The notes below the pieces were generated by a model. That model was not told where the DNA came from. It did no database searches and saw only the letters and a list, made by a program, of their open reading frames with translations. This document shows, one piece after another, positions 24,842-34,581 of a stretch of DNA of 64,000 nucleotides. Source of the stretch: a virus. Where the stretch lies: IMG/VR virus record IMGVR_UViG_3300021086_000001. The stretch is one strand, 5' to 3'. A program made the position numbers and the translations under genes. Every line of letters starts with the position of its first letter. The stretch's first letter is position 1.

Positions 24842-25273
24842 CTACAACTCCTCTGTATTAACACGGTATCTCTCCGTATAATGCATTAAATTAACGCCTG
24901 TTGAGTCATCCTCTATCAACTCTCCACTATCATATAAGCATGAAATACTTCTATAGTTTATTAATGTCAAATTTGCCTTATGCAATGCACTGTGTACCAG
25001 ATTGTGGAGCTGTAGTACCTCATATTTGCCTTTCTTTGCGCTCCATAAGTGCAATGTCGCTACAAGTTGTTGCCCTTGATTGCTGAAAGTATCCTCAGTA
25101 ACGCTGTTCGTTTCCCCTAATTCAACGTAAGGAAATGGGAAGTTCAGCGGCGTATTATTCATGTCCCGTACACGAGACTTCCCGTTATCATCTGGAATAA
25201 AAGCAATGAGATTTGCATTATTCTGCAATATTACTGCTATTGCAGTCCATACTTCTACTTCAGATGTTGCCAT
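24842..25273 (-). CDS. tail terminator/completion protein (DUF3168-like)
   Basis: FPYVELGE...ATLHLWS pattern and position. Confidence 0.8.
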   Translation of the reverse strand: MATSEVEVWTAIAVILQNNANLIAFIPDDNGKSRVRDMNNTPLNFPFPYVELGETNSVTEDTFSNQGQQLVATLHLWSAKKGKYEVLQLHNLVHSALHKANLTLINYRSISCLYDSGELIEDDSTGVNLMHYTERYRVNTEEL

Positions 25274-25274
25274 A

Positions 25275-25634
25275 CTATATCTTCATATTCTGCAATTCTT
25301 GCACTAAAGATTGCCTGTTTGCTTCAAATGCGTTTAACAAGAACGGTCTAGCACGCATCTTTCTTGTACCGTTATGTACAAAAATGCCATATGTTTTATT
25401 TGTGCCTATTTGTCTTCTCAATTTTGCAGTATAGATTTTGATATCATCGCGCATATGTGTTGCATCGCCCTTTTCATGCGCTTCTGTTTCCTGTGATACA
25501 GGGCAATTATCCCTAGCATCGCTTTGGGTCAGGTTTGCCACAATGTCTAGCGCGTCCTCAGTATTGACAATGATCTTGTCGTTTGCTTGCTGGAAGAGAG
25601 CGGCGATATTGGGGCCTTTAATCGTGACACTCAT
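25275..25634 (-). CDS. HK97 gp10-like tail component
   Basis: YGIFVHNGTRKMRARPFLLNAF motif. Confidence 0.9.
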   Translation of the reverse strand: MSVTIKGPNIAALFQQANDKIIVNTEDALDIVANLTQSDARDNCPVSQETEAHEKGDATHMRDDIKIYTAKLRRQIGTNKTYGIFVHNGTRKMRARPFLLNAFEANRQSLVQELQNMKI

Positions 25635-26017
25635 AAAAATCCCCCTTGCAAAGTGGTCACAATGACGACTGCCTCTGAAAACACCGCATACGATGACGGT
25701 CCTAATGGATCAACAACCTTATAGATAGTGCCTTTCACCCTCAGCAGCCCTGACTTGAGCACCACTGTCCCGAGAGGCATTGACACCTTTTTGATCACTT
25801 CACCAACGATCTGATTTGCTATTGCATACTCTTGAGGTGGCTTGTGATCAACCACCATGCACTTGACGATTGCAGTGACCACATAGGATGGTGAGCTTCC
25901 TCCGAGCGGGTCAAGAGGCCCCTCATCCTGTGCTAATATGTCGCAATCATCCTTTAATGCTAAATCCGCAGCTAAGTCTGCAATTTGCTGTAAATCAGTA
26001 TCGTTGATTACTGGCAT
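25631..26017 (-). CDS. head closure/stopper protein
   Basis: position and size; GTIYKVV motif. Confidence 0.6.
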   Translation of the reverse strand: MPVINDTDLQQIADLAADLALKDDCDILAQDEGPLDPLGGSSPSYVVTAIVKCMVVDHKPPQEYAIANQIVGEVIKKVSMPLGTVVLKSGLLRVKGTIYKVVDPLGPSSYAVFSEAVVIVTTLQGGFL

Positions 26018-26020
26018 GGG

Positions 26021-26170
26021 CTATTTCCTCTTCATAAGGCTATCCACATCTAAGAAGATGTTGTATTGAGCAGCCATGCTCAGCGCTAATTGATCCATCT
26101 TTTGTGGATTGCGTATCGTTTTCGCTAACTCTTTTGCGATACGATATCGCTTGCTTTTGCTATGCATCAT
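26021..26170 (-). CDS. small hypothetical protein (49 aa)
   Basis: manually read MMHSKSKRYRIAKEL...; overlaps the stop codon of the upstream gene. Confidence 0.4.
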   Translation of the reverse strand: MMHSKSKRYRIAKELAKTIRNPQKMDQLALSMAAQYNIFLDVDSLMKRK

Positions 26171-26784
26171 CCATTCCCGTTTCCGCTTGCCATATAATCT
26201 ATGGCTGTTGCCTTGAGTGAAAGCTCACCATCCTCACCATTGCTCTTGATATCAGATCTTGTCATGAGGATAGACTTTGGCCTCTGCTTCATCCTGTAAG
26301 ATCTTGCAAGATTTAGAAGCAAATCAGCCGCTTGACTACGCTTAAACTGCTGTCCCCCAACAAGCACATCATAGCTGAGGACCCACTTTGCAGCCCATCG
26401 CTCTAGCAAATCCGCAGAAGCGCGATAGACATCATGCTGTTTCCCTGTAATGTAAACGCCCGGGAATATGCTTGTGCTAAAAGTGAAAACACCGACTATT
26501 GGCTCGACTGATGAAGGTGTTACAACAACAGTCATGTATTGCTTCAGGACATAATCCGATTCCCAACCGCCGTATTCACTGTAGTAGTCTAGGTATTGGA
26601 TTGCTGAGCCTGAATAAGTTGGAACGGGCTTGAGAGCCTTGTTGACGATATCATCGCGTCCTTCATCTAAAACACCTTGGATTGTGTCATCATCAAAAAC
26701 CTGACCATTGCCCACGAGCAAAGTATCGTTTATGAGCAAGCGGACACGGCTGATGAGAGCTGCCATTGAAGTTCTAGCTGCCAT
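26167..26784 (-). CDS. head-tail adaptor/connector
   Basis: LISRVRLLIND...HDVYRASADLLERWAA pattern; position. Confidence 0.7.
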   Translation of the reverse strand: MAARTSMAALISRVRLLINDTLLVGNGQVFDDDTIQGVLDEGRDDIVNKALKPVPTYSGSAIQYLDYYSEYGGWESDYVLKQYMTVVVTPSSVEPIVGVFTFSTSIFPGVYITGKQHDVYRASADLLERWAAKWVLSYDVLVGGQQFKRSQAADLLLNLARSYRMKQRPKSILMTRSDIKSNGEDGELSLKATAIDYMASGNGNG

Positions 26785-26811
26785 TGCGAGTGCTCACTTT
26801 CTGCTCACAAA

Positions 26812-27186
26812 CTATGGACGCGATAGGCTGACGTCTGCGAAGTAGTCCACCGTAGCTCCTGTCCCTGTTATTGCTTGCAATTCAAGTCTAACGTATCTCT
26901 TGCTTGTTTCAAACGGAATAAAGATTTCACCGCTAATAGCCGTTGTTGCCAAGACAAGAGAGGCCTCTGTGGTCTGATAAATTCCAGTGAAAGTGCTGTT
27001 ATCGGAGCTCTCAGTGATACGAAAAACCGCCGTACCTGCACCAGATGATGTAGAGGCATTTTTGTAGATAATACGGGCTTTATATCCACGTCTTGGAGTT
27101 CCGGTAATGAGATCCAAGCCCGTTGAGTTGAAGGTAGATGTCTTAGTTACGAGAGTTTGAAGAGTTGCAAGTGCATCAGATGGCAT
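26812..27186 (-). CDS. putative capsid decoration/cement protein
   Basis: small beta-rich protein after the capsid gene; RYVRL motif. Confidence 0.55.
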   Translation of the reverse strand: MPSDALATLQTLVTKTSTFNSTGLDLITGTPRRGYKARIIYKNASTSSGAGTAVFRITESSDNSTFTGIYQTTEASLVLATTAISGEIFIPFETSKRYVRLELQAITGTGATVDYFADVSLSRP

Positions 27187-27463
27187 GGCTTTCCCCCTTC
27201 TGTGTCTGCTTATTCTCAGGCTCTTTAGCCTGTACATTCTTCTCAGTAGCGGCTCTTGCCTTTTCATCTGCTTCAGCTTTATCGCGTGCCTTGGCATCTT
27301 CCTGGACAGGATCGAAGCCGTGTAAATGCCCTAAGTGGAGGATGATTGTGTCGAGAACTCGCCCTAGCTGAGTGTCAACCAGTCCAATGGAGCGGACTTG
27401 CTCTCTCAAATCTCCAAACTCTTCAGGTTGCATCTTGAAATCAGACTTATTGTCTACTGGCAT
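27176..27463 (-). CDS. hypothetical head-region protein
   Basis: ORF track; AAAGGA RBS. Confidence 0.6.
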   Translation of the reverse strand: MPVDNKSDFKMQPEEFGDLREQVRSIGLVDTQLGRVLDTIILHLGHLHGFDPVQEDAKARDKAEADEKARAATEKNVQAKEPENKQTQKGESHAI

Positions 27464-27490
27464 AATCGTTCCTTTCTGGCATTATGCCAA

Positions 27491-28504
27491 TTAGCTCATT
27501 TTGATGTCATAAAGACGCCCGATAGAACGTGTGGATACATTAGCAATACCAACGGCATAGTCGATGAGAGTACGATAGACTACGCCGTTATTGATGAGCC
27601 CCAAGTCCTGGACATTAGGTGGCCCGAATTGCCAGCCAGTGAAGTGATCTTCCGAATAGTTAACTGCATAGATGGATGTCTGGACTGAAGATCCGGTATC
27701 CGTACCATCAGTATTTTCCAGATTGGAGATGATCCTTGTAGATTGATCGGCCTTATAGCCCGGGTCACGGATTACCGCACCTTTGTACTGTGCAATAGTG
27801 CGGTTGAATTGGTCCTGAGTCGTTGCCAAACCACCGCTTGTACCCATTAGGCGCAAGAGGAAGTTCAGACGCCGCTTCATGACATCATTCATGTAAAGGA
27901 CAACACCATCCCCGTCAGGCGCATCTACCGACCACAAAAGCTGATCGAGAAACTCGATGAACTTGTTTGCTGTGGCTTGGGTAGCACCTGCTTGGGAGAT
28001 GTTGACAGTAGCCCCGTCAATCTTGTTCTCAGAACGCACACCAAAGAGAGTACCGTTGTTAATGCGGTACTTGAGTCCTACAGGCGCGTTTGCATCACCA
28101 GTGATATGATCATTGGCAAAGTACTTGAAGTTGATGTCATAGGTTAGTGCCTGTAGATATGCTTCTGTCTGAATTCCGCGTGGGTCTACAATTTGGTTCT
28201 CTTCTTGCACGATGTATTTATCTACATCGATGGTGTTTCTAAGGAGAAAGGCTTGCTCCTGGTAAGGTACTGGTGTGGCTTTGGTGGTGACTGGCTCAGC
28301 ATTAAGCTGTGACCAGTTGACGGAAGGGAGACTTGTACCATCAAAGCGTGTGCCATTGATGGTGAAACTTTTCTTGGTGATCATGGGAATGTCTTGGAGG
28401 ATATTCCCGTTCCTGATAAGCGAAAACGTTATTCTTTGGACAAGAGGCGCGTTGCTCATCATGGCATAATCAGCAAGTGTTACCGTGTTCGCTGCTATCG
28501 CCAT
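27491..28504 (-). CDS. major capsid protein (HK97 fold)
   Basis: 337 aa after the scaffold gene; ILQDIPM, IDVDKY, GLKYRI motifs. Confidence 0.85.
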   Translation of the reverse strand: MAIAANTVTLADYAMMSNAPLVQRITFSLIRNGNILQDIPMITKKSFTINGTRFDGTSLPSVNWSQLNAEPVTTKATPVPYQEQAFLLRNTIDVDKYIVQEENQIVDPRGIQTEAYLQALTYDINFKYFANDHITGDANAPVGLKYRINNGTLFGVRSENKIDGATVNISQAGATQATANKFIEFLDQLLWSVDAPDGDGVVLYMNDVMKRRLNFLLRLMGTSGGLATTQDQFNRTIAQYKGAVIRDPGYKADQSTRIISNLENTDGTDTGSSVQTSIYAVNYSEDHFTGWQFGPPNVQDLGLINNGVVYRTLIDYAVGIANVSTRSIGRLYDIKMS

Positions 28505-28558
28505 TCTACTAGCTCCTGGTTTATCATCTGCCAGGAGCTTTATGCTCTGCCTCCTGGC

Positions 28559-29269
28559 CTAATGCTTTTTGTAAGCTTCATCCCATGATGGTGGTCGGTA
28601 GGGACCCTGTTGAGGAGCTAAACCAGGCGGCGTAAACTGTGTTCTACCTAGATTCGTCGTCTGTGTTTTATCTGGATTCATCGCAGGTAGAGACGGCGTT
28701 TGTAGAGCATTGGCTGTTTGGGCTGGTGTTGCAGGTTGTTGTTCAGCGGATGCTTCAGTCTTTTGTTTGAGCAGGAACGGATTGTTTTTTGCTAGAGTCT
28801 CTAGAGCTTTCTCTAGATTAGTTGGCCTTCCATCTTCCCCAATTTCGAGAGATTCCTGGACAAGCTTTGCTGCAATCTCTGGATTATGGAAGTCCATTCC
28901 TGATGCAATGACTTTTGTTTCTGCTGATGCAATCTGCTGTTTGAGCTGTTCGATAAGCTGATCTTTTTCTTGGATGACCTGATCTTTCTCAGTCATACGT
29001 CTGCTTGTCTTTTCAAGTTCAGAGAGATCGGCCTCTTTTTTTGCTTTCTCTGCTTCTTGGTAGACTTTTAGATCTGCTTCAAGCTCTTTAGCCCTTTTCC
29101 TGTGTGATGCCGCTTCCTCGTGTAGCTTCTTCTTCTCAGGATCGTGTATGTCACCCGCCGTATCCCGCTGGGAAGTGGCATCCTCTGTGGTGGTACCCCG
29201 CTGGGGTGTCGCATCAGGAGTCCGCTGGGCCTCTGATGGAGAGGAGTTAGTATTTTCTTGTTCTGCCAT
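28559..29269 (-). CDS. scaffold protein
   Basis: coiled coil, EAASHRKRAKELE, LAKNNPFL; between portal and capsid. Confidence 0.8.
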   Translation of the reverse strand: MAEQENTNSSPSEAQRTPDATPQRGTTTEDATSQRDTAGDIHDPEKKKLHEEAASHRKRAKELEADLKVYQEAEKAKKEADLSELEKTSRRMTEKDQVIQEKDQLIEQLKQQIASAETKVIASGMDFHNPEIAAKLVQESLEIGEDGRPTNLEKALETLAKNNPFLLKQKTEASAEQQPATPAQTANALQTPSLPAMNPDKTQTTNLGRTQFTPPGLAPQQGPYRPPSWDEAYKKH

Positions 29270-29302
29270 AAGTGTACTCTCTTTCATTGCTTAAAGTCAA
29301 GC

Positions 29303-29509
29303 TTATTTCTTCTTGACTTCTTTTTCTGCATTCTCTTTAGCCGATTGTTCGGCCTTACACTGCTCGCACGGCTTTTGCATAGCTTCTCTCAGCTCTGGTA
29401 CAACACGAAAGTTGTAGTCAGCTAGGCTACGTTGTGGCTGTATATAGATAGTCTCTACATGACCACAGTCGGGACGCTCTATGTTGTTGGGAATGAGTTG
29501 CTCAGACAT
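29303..29509 (-). CDS. small zinc-ribbon-like protein
   Basis: DCGH...PCEQC. Confidence 0.6.
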   Translation of the reverse strand: MSEQLIPNNIERPDCGHVETIYIQPQRSLADYNFRVVPELREAMQKPCEQCKAEQSAKENAEKEVKKK

Positions 29510-29512
29510 GAT

Positions 29513-31015
29513 CTATCCTTTCTGCCCTATCGGAGACTGCTGTTGATCCTGACTTTGATCTTGCTGCATGTTTTGCGTTGGCATATTTTGATCTTGTTGA
29601 TCATCCGCTTGCTGCCCTGGTACTACACCTTGCATGAGTGCGTTATTCGCTAATTCATCTGCTTGCTCTTGTTTGATTCTCTTCATCTCCTCATCATAAT
29701 CATACCCCAACTCACCTGCTAGCGTTCGTTTTGATACAATACCAAGTGCATTCTTTGCTTGTGCTGCCTGTACATCCGCTAGAACATCGGCTGGCAAAGG
29801 TGATTGCCAGCCAAGGGTGATATCGATCTTCTCGCTAAATCCAGCTAGCACTAGCAAAGCTTGGGATACTTGTATCATCGTATCGCCATACAAGCATCGC
29901 ATCTTATTCATTTTCTTGAGTAGAGACATGAATAGGAGCTTGATAGCAATGCCACTTTGAGGACCATTTGGCATATAAGCAGTACGGCCCGAGGCAATCA
30001 TAGGGACGCCCGTGAGCTCCTCAACGTCTCCTCTGAGGTCACCTACAAACTCGCGAGAATTGCCTGTGTGCGTTTGCAGATCGACTGCTGAAATTTTGCT
30101 CTCAAGTTCTGGCAACTGAGTGATTTTGTTGGGATGTACATCAATCGTACCTTCACCCACGCCATTTGAGTAGAGGATACGCTGTATCTTCTCAGTGATG
30201 TTAATGTTTGAGTTTACTAGATTTATTGCCTCATTGATGCCTATAAGCGATTTGCTTACACCTGGATAGCCCCAAAAGTTGTTGGGTCTTGGAAGGTTCT
30301 GGTTGCTGAAGATAGGAGGGAATGGATAGAGCCACGGGATAGGTTCGCCCGCTGGTATCCAATTCTTGTTAGTTGGAGCAGTACCAGCCTGTGTTTCCTG
30401 TGTCCAGTGCTGGATGCTCCATGTTGAGTCTGTGTCTGGCATGCCTTTTGCAGTGCTCTTGTCAGGATCGACACGCGATATTTCTTCACGATAGAACATC
30501 TTGACGGGGTTGCCTAGCGCGTTCTTCTCATCGGTGCAATACTCTATGCAGAATAACATCTCCTTTTGGCAATTCTGAGGAGCCGTTTGTACATAAATAG
30601 TCGATGGGTCAATCTCTACGAGCTCAAATGTTTTCTTTGGCCCTGGTACAATTCTCAGGAATGCGCGGCCTGACATATCACCATTCATAAGCCATCGTTG
30701 CAAGAGTGGAATGCGCTTCTCTTTGCGCCCCCATACTGTGTCGAGCAGCTCTTGAGCACCCGCTGGCGCATTCTGCTCGACTGAAATCTCGACCTCATCA
30801 CCGAACACGAAATTCACGATAGCATCAACGGCTGGTTGCACCTCGTTGCCCATGACGTTCATGTCTGGCTCACCTTCCATTCGCTCGAATGGCTTATCTA
30901 GTTCTCCGTCGTGAGCTTGCCATGCCCTAGCGATACGTTCGACGCGTTGGCGATCTGCTTCTGTTATCCCATAGGTGGGTTGTCCTAGCTGAGTTGGTGC
31001 TTGTGTGGTGTTCAT
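29513..31015 (-). CDS. portal protein (SPP1 gp6-like)
   Basis: 500 aa; SGRAFLRIV, SGIAIKLLF, IVSKRTLAGELG. Confidence 0.9.
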   Translation of the reverse strand: MNTTQAPTQLGQPTYGITEADRQRVERIARAWQAHDGELDKPFERMEGEPDMNVMGNEVQPAVDAIVNFVFGDEVEISVEQNAPAGAQELLDTVWGRKEKRIPLLQRWLMNGDMSGRAFLRIVPGPKKTFELVEIDPSTIYVQTAPQNCQKEMLFCIEYCTDEKNALGNPVKMFYREEISRVDPDKSTAKGMPDTDSTWSIQHWTQETQAGTAPTNKNWIPAGEPIPWLYPFPPIFSNQNLPRPNNFWGYPGVSKSLIGINEAINLVNSNINITEKIQRILYSNGVGEGTIDVHPNKITQLPELESKISAVDLQTHTGNSREFVGDLRGDVEELTGVPMIASGRTAYMPNGPQSGIAIKLLFMSLLKKMNKMRCLYGDTMIQVSQALLVLAGFSEKIDITLGWQSPLPADVLADVQAAQAKNALGIVSKRTLAGELGYDYDEEMKRIKQEQADELANNALMQGVVPGQQADDQQDQNMPTQNMQQDQSQDQQQSPIGQKG

Positions 31016-31024
31016 AGGTTATTC

Positions 31025-31303
31025 CTATTCTTCATCCATGCGCATGTATTTCTGATAATCCAGATGATACAGCTCTTCCATATCTAACGGAAGATCAATA
31101 TAGTTCCTAAAAAGCTCATAATTCTTTTTATTCGTGCCATTTCTAAAGGCTTGCCAGTTCTGTGTAAGCAGATCCATGACTTCAGGATGAAATGTCTCTG
31201 ATACCCTTTGCTTCAACTCTTGCGTCTTAAAATCAAGTTCTTTAAAGTCGAACTTAAAACCTTCTTTGGTCATGTGTACTTCAACGAGAACTCTTTTTAT
31301 CAT
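31025..31303 (-). CDS. hypothetical protein
   Basis: ORF with RBS in the packaging operon. Confidence 0.6.
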   Translation of the reverse strand: MIKRVLVEVHMTKEGFKFDFKELDFKTQELKQRVSETFHPEVMDLLTQNWQAFRNGTNKKNYELFRNYIDLPLDMEELYHLDYQKYMRMDEE

Positions 31304-31311
31304 ATCATCTC

Positions 31312-31554
31312 CTAATACAACTTACTGCTATATCTCACACTAGAAGGACTGTTCAGCACGCTTTGGTACACTTCAGCCTGAAAACGCCAATCAATACGAA
31401 GATTAGGGAATTGCACTCTGAAATGGTTGCTCTCTTGTATGAGCATTGCAGTCATTTTCTCTTGGAGTGCGTGGAATGCTTCCTTTTCGCGTTTGTCGAG
31501 CCGCTCCCAATCACCAGCGGGGAGCATCGATGTATTGTCCTGAGTTACATCCAA
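31312..31554 (-). CDS. hypothetical protein
   Basis: AGGAGG RBS before a TTG start. Confidence 0.6.
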   Translation of the reverse strand: MDVTQDNTSMLPAGDWERLDKREKEAFHALQEKMTAMLIQESNHFRVQFPNLRIDWRFQAEVYQSVLNSPSSVRYSSKLY

Positions 31555-31567
31555 AATACTTATCCTC

Positions 31568-32305
31568 CTAATAAATGCGTTCGCTCAATGTCACCTTATC
31601 ACTAAACGGGTCATGTAACACACTAAGTGCAAGTGCTGTAGCAAGATCGTCGTGTGTCCCAACTTTAAAAGCTCCGAACTTCTCTCTACCTTCATCGTTG
31701 GTTTTGATCTCATAAATACGTAGTTCCTCACAAGTGGCTCTCATCTCAGGAACATTGGGGCCATGAATGCGCCCGCTTTGCAAGAGTGATTGAGTCCTAC
31801 TCACCAGGAACTTCTTGCCAAGCGTTCCTTTGCGTCGGTTGTAGTTCTCACCAGGAACAAAGCTTGTTGGTATGAGCATAATATGCTTACATTTTGGGCG
31901 TAAAGCTATCTCTTTCTGCAAATCTTGCCACACAGGACGCCCAACGCCCGTTATGTCGATATAAACACGAACACGTCTATTTTGAAAGATAGGATTGCAA
32001 AGCATATCTGCTATGTGCTCTGCTACGTCAGGATAGGGCATACCAAGCGGTAAACGGGTGATGTGCCTGACGGTGTATTCGGATCGCATCACCGCGTCAA
32101 TGCCAGTTGGGGGTACCCAAAACCCCTTGGGATCATAGTGTCCTAGCGTTTGTTTTGTAGCATAGCGAAGCTTTCCCGTGTCTATCTGAGTAACTTCTGT
32201 CACGCAAATAGCCATCGGGTCATTGACCTGGCCCACATCTATTCCCGTATTTACAGGTGATAGTTGTTCTATACATTTATAAACGTCTGATGCTAAAGTG
32301 ACCAT
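31568..32305 (-). CDS. stand-alone terminase-type RNase H-like nuclease
   Basis: GIDVGQVND, YIDITGVG, HDDLATAL acidic motifs intact; overlaps terL by 13 nt. Confidence 0.85.
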   Translation of the reverse strand: MVTLASDVYKCIEQLSPVNTGIDVGQVNDPMAICVTEVTQIDTGKLRYATKQTLGHYDPKGFWVPPTGIDAVMRSEYTVRHITRLPLGMPYPDVAEHIADMLCNPIFQNRRVRVYIDITGVGRPVWQDLQKEIALRPKCKHIMLIPTSFVPGENYNRRKGTLGKKFLVSRTQSLLQSGRIHGPNVPEMRATCEELRIYEIKTNDEGREKFGAFKVGTHDDLATALALSVLHDPFSDKVTLSERIY

Positions 32306-33699
32306 ACTTCAACGTCTTTCTTTATGACCTTTGCAACATCTTCTTCTCTGAATGCCGATTGTGTACCATAACTCACCATTAGATTTGTGATTGTCCATAT
32401 ACATGCTCCAAACCTGTCTGGTGTTCTTTCACCGTGTAACCAATTGCACTGTTGATCTTCGAGATCTGGATAAGTGCCGACATGCAACACTTCCTTTTTC
32501 TGATAGAGATTTGATACCGCCTCTGCCAGTGGTTGCTTCCCACGCGACGCCCTCACTATTTCAAATGGCACATGCTTCAGATTGCTAGACTCTGCTGTAC
32601 TCTTAATCACCGCTCCGACCATATCACCGCCATGATTGATGTCACCCACAATACAATCTGCTTTATATTTATTGTATGCCTCTAATACATTTGTTCCCCA
32701 CTCATTAGGTGTCCCTGCAATGCTGTAATCTTCGAGGATATACCCGCGATTATCAATGCCTAGCCCTGCTACGATAATTCCACATTCTGGTGGCCCTTCC
32801 ATGTCCTGATTAAGACTATCCGGTGGGTTAACGCCTATCACAATGCGCTTTAACTCAGGACAGTCACCCGGCAATGCCAGTCTATTATTTTCAATCCAGT
32901 CTCGTTTCCAGAGCGCCCCATCGATATCATCAATGATTAGCCCTTGTATTTCTTGTCTACCAAGGCGCGTCCCTGAGTATCGCCTTTCAATATCTCGTAT
33001 AAAGCGTTTTGCTAGGTTTTCACGATTGTCATACATCGATCCATTTGTAACAATAGTGCTAGGATCAGCAAGTAAAGCTTTTATCTCCTTAGTATTTCGA
33101 GGAGTTGTAGTAAAGACAGCTTGTGGCTCAATTCCAGGGGCGGGATAGATACGTAGTCCAAATGATAATTGATCAAATGCGCCCCAGTACTGCCATGACG
33201 CTAATTCATCCCCCCAAGCAAATGAGTGTTGCGGGCCTCTCATCTGATCGGGAACATCGGCTGAGTAGGTCGTTGCGTAGCTGCCATTAGGCCATATCAG
33301 CAGACGTTTCGATGGATAATACGTTGGCATAAACCAGGGAGGCGATATCGTCACGATCCCTGATAGCCCATTGATCATCACGTCGCGTACATCAGATACA
33401 GTACGGCCAACGAGTGCGATGTGAACGCCTGGATATTCCCACGCTTTTTCGACAATCCACTCAGCGCCTGCTCTCGTCTTGCCAAACCCGCGTCCAGCTT
33501 TGATAACCCATGTAGACCAATCCCCAAGAGGAGCTAGCTGATTGTCTCTTGCCCACGCACGCCATGTGTACTTGAGTCGCCACGCACGCTCTTTCGGGCT
33601 TTTTTTAATGTACTCGTACTTGCGTTCCCTCGACCAAGCTGCGAACTCACGATAGAATTGCGCCTCTTGATCAGGGGTTATCTTGCTTTTTGTCTTCAT
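32293..33699 (-). CDS. terL: terminase large subunit with intact ATPase and degenerate nuclease site
   Basis: Walker A GRGFGKT, Walker B FAWGDE, TTTP; nuclease motifs read GVNPP and PDRFGA. Confidence 0.92.
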   Translation of the reverse strand: MKTKSKITPDQEAQFYREFAAWSRERKYEYIKKSPKERAWRLKYTWRAWARDNQLAPLGDWSTWVIKAGRGFGKTRAGAEWIVEKAWEYPGVHIALVGRTVSDVRDVMINGLSGIVTISPPWFMPTYYPSKRLLIWPNGSYATTYSADVPDQMRGPQHSFAWGDELASWQYWGAFDQLSFGLRIYPAPGIEPQAVFTTTPRNTKEIKALLADPSTIVTNGSMYDNRENLAKRFIRDIERRYSGTRLGRQEIQGLIIDDIDGALWKRDWIENNRLALPGDCPELKRIVIGVNPPDSLNQDMEGPPECGIIVAGLGIDNRGYILEDYSIAGTPNEWGTNVLEAYNKYKADCIVGDINHGGDMVGAVIKSTAESSNLKHVPFEIVRASRGKQPLAEAVSNLYQKKEVLHVGTYPDLEDQQCNWLHGERTPDRFGACIWTITNLMVSYGTQSAFREEDVAKVIKKDVEVWSL

Positions 33700-34249
33700 T
33701 GATCCGTATAGATAGATCTGCTAGCAGCTCATTTTTCGCTTGTTCTGCCTTATCGGATATTTGCGCATTGATATCAATTTGCTGTTTGTCCTTGTACTCT
33801 GGTAAATTCGCTTTTGCGTAGGCTAGAGCTAGGCTATCCGACCATTTAGGCGTCATGACTTTTGCACCCTGCTTCGTCATCGGCCTTCCACGGCTATCAA
33901 TTTTCTGCTCACCTTTGTCATCCAACACCGGATCATCCTCATACACCACTTTCCCCATACTCACCATCGGCTCTTCCCATCCTATAATGCCTCTTCTATA
34001 GATAGAGCTACGCGCTACGTCTCTAGTTCTTTCGAGTGCATCATCCCATTCTTTTGCAAACTTTTCATCTTTTTCACGCCATTCATAGACAGTACAACGT
34101 TCTTTGCCAATATTCTCACAAGCAAGCGATACAGTAGGGTCTTCGCGAAGGAATGCGAGAAACTTTTCCTTCGCTTCTTTTCGCTCTGCATCTCTACTCA
34201 ATGCACGCGTATGGTTGTTTGATTTGTTGGATTTACGCTCATTGCCCAT
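33671..34249 (-). CDS. terS: terminase small subunit
   Basis: N-terminal HTH, FAKEWDDALE, KWSDSLA...PEYKD; directly upstream of terL. Confidence 0.85.
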   Translation of the reverse strand: MGNERKSNKSNNHTRALSRDAERKEAKEKFLAFLREDPTVSLACENIGKERCTVYEWREKDEKFAKEWDDALERTRDVARSSIYRRGIIGWEEPMVSMGKVVYEDDPVLDDKGEQKIDSRGRPMTKQGAKVMTPKWSDSLALAYAKANLPEYKDKQQIDINAQISDKAEQAKNELLADLSIRINEDKKQDNP

Positions 34250-34332
34250 AGCTTTCTCTTTGAAGTGGGGAAGGCCAGCATTCAAGTTCTCCAGAGCAAG
34301 AGTAGCCTTCCCGTGGAGTCATCATACATAAC

Positions 34333-34352
34333 AGTATAGCATACATAGTCAT
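34333..34352 (-). promoter_or_regulatory. candidate late promoter (ATGACT-N5-TG-C-TATACT)
   Basis: extended -10 upstream of terS. Confidence 0.5.
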
Positions 34353-34490
34353 GTATATTATTCCTATACGGAATGAGTCATGGAGATATCTCAGATTTTG
34401 CATCCTAGTGCGATTGTGGGCATATTTCACGAGAGGTAAAATCATAGGGGCATTGATGGTAGTGCCGCATGCGGCACTTCTCAGAGACAC

Positions 34491-34522
34491 AAAAACCTCT
34501 CTTCAGTTTCCCAAAGAGAGGC
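34491..34522 (-). terminator. intrinsic terminator downstream of the tRNA-like gene
   Basis: CCTCTCT/AGAGAGG stem followed by TTTTTG on the minus strand. Confidence 0.7.
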
Positions 34523-34581
34523 TATGCATGAGGACTGGACCCGATCTACCGATTATTTTATGTCCCCTGAGATGACTCACA

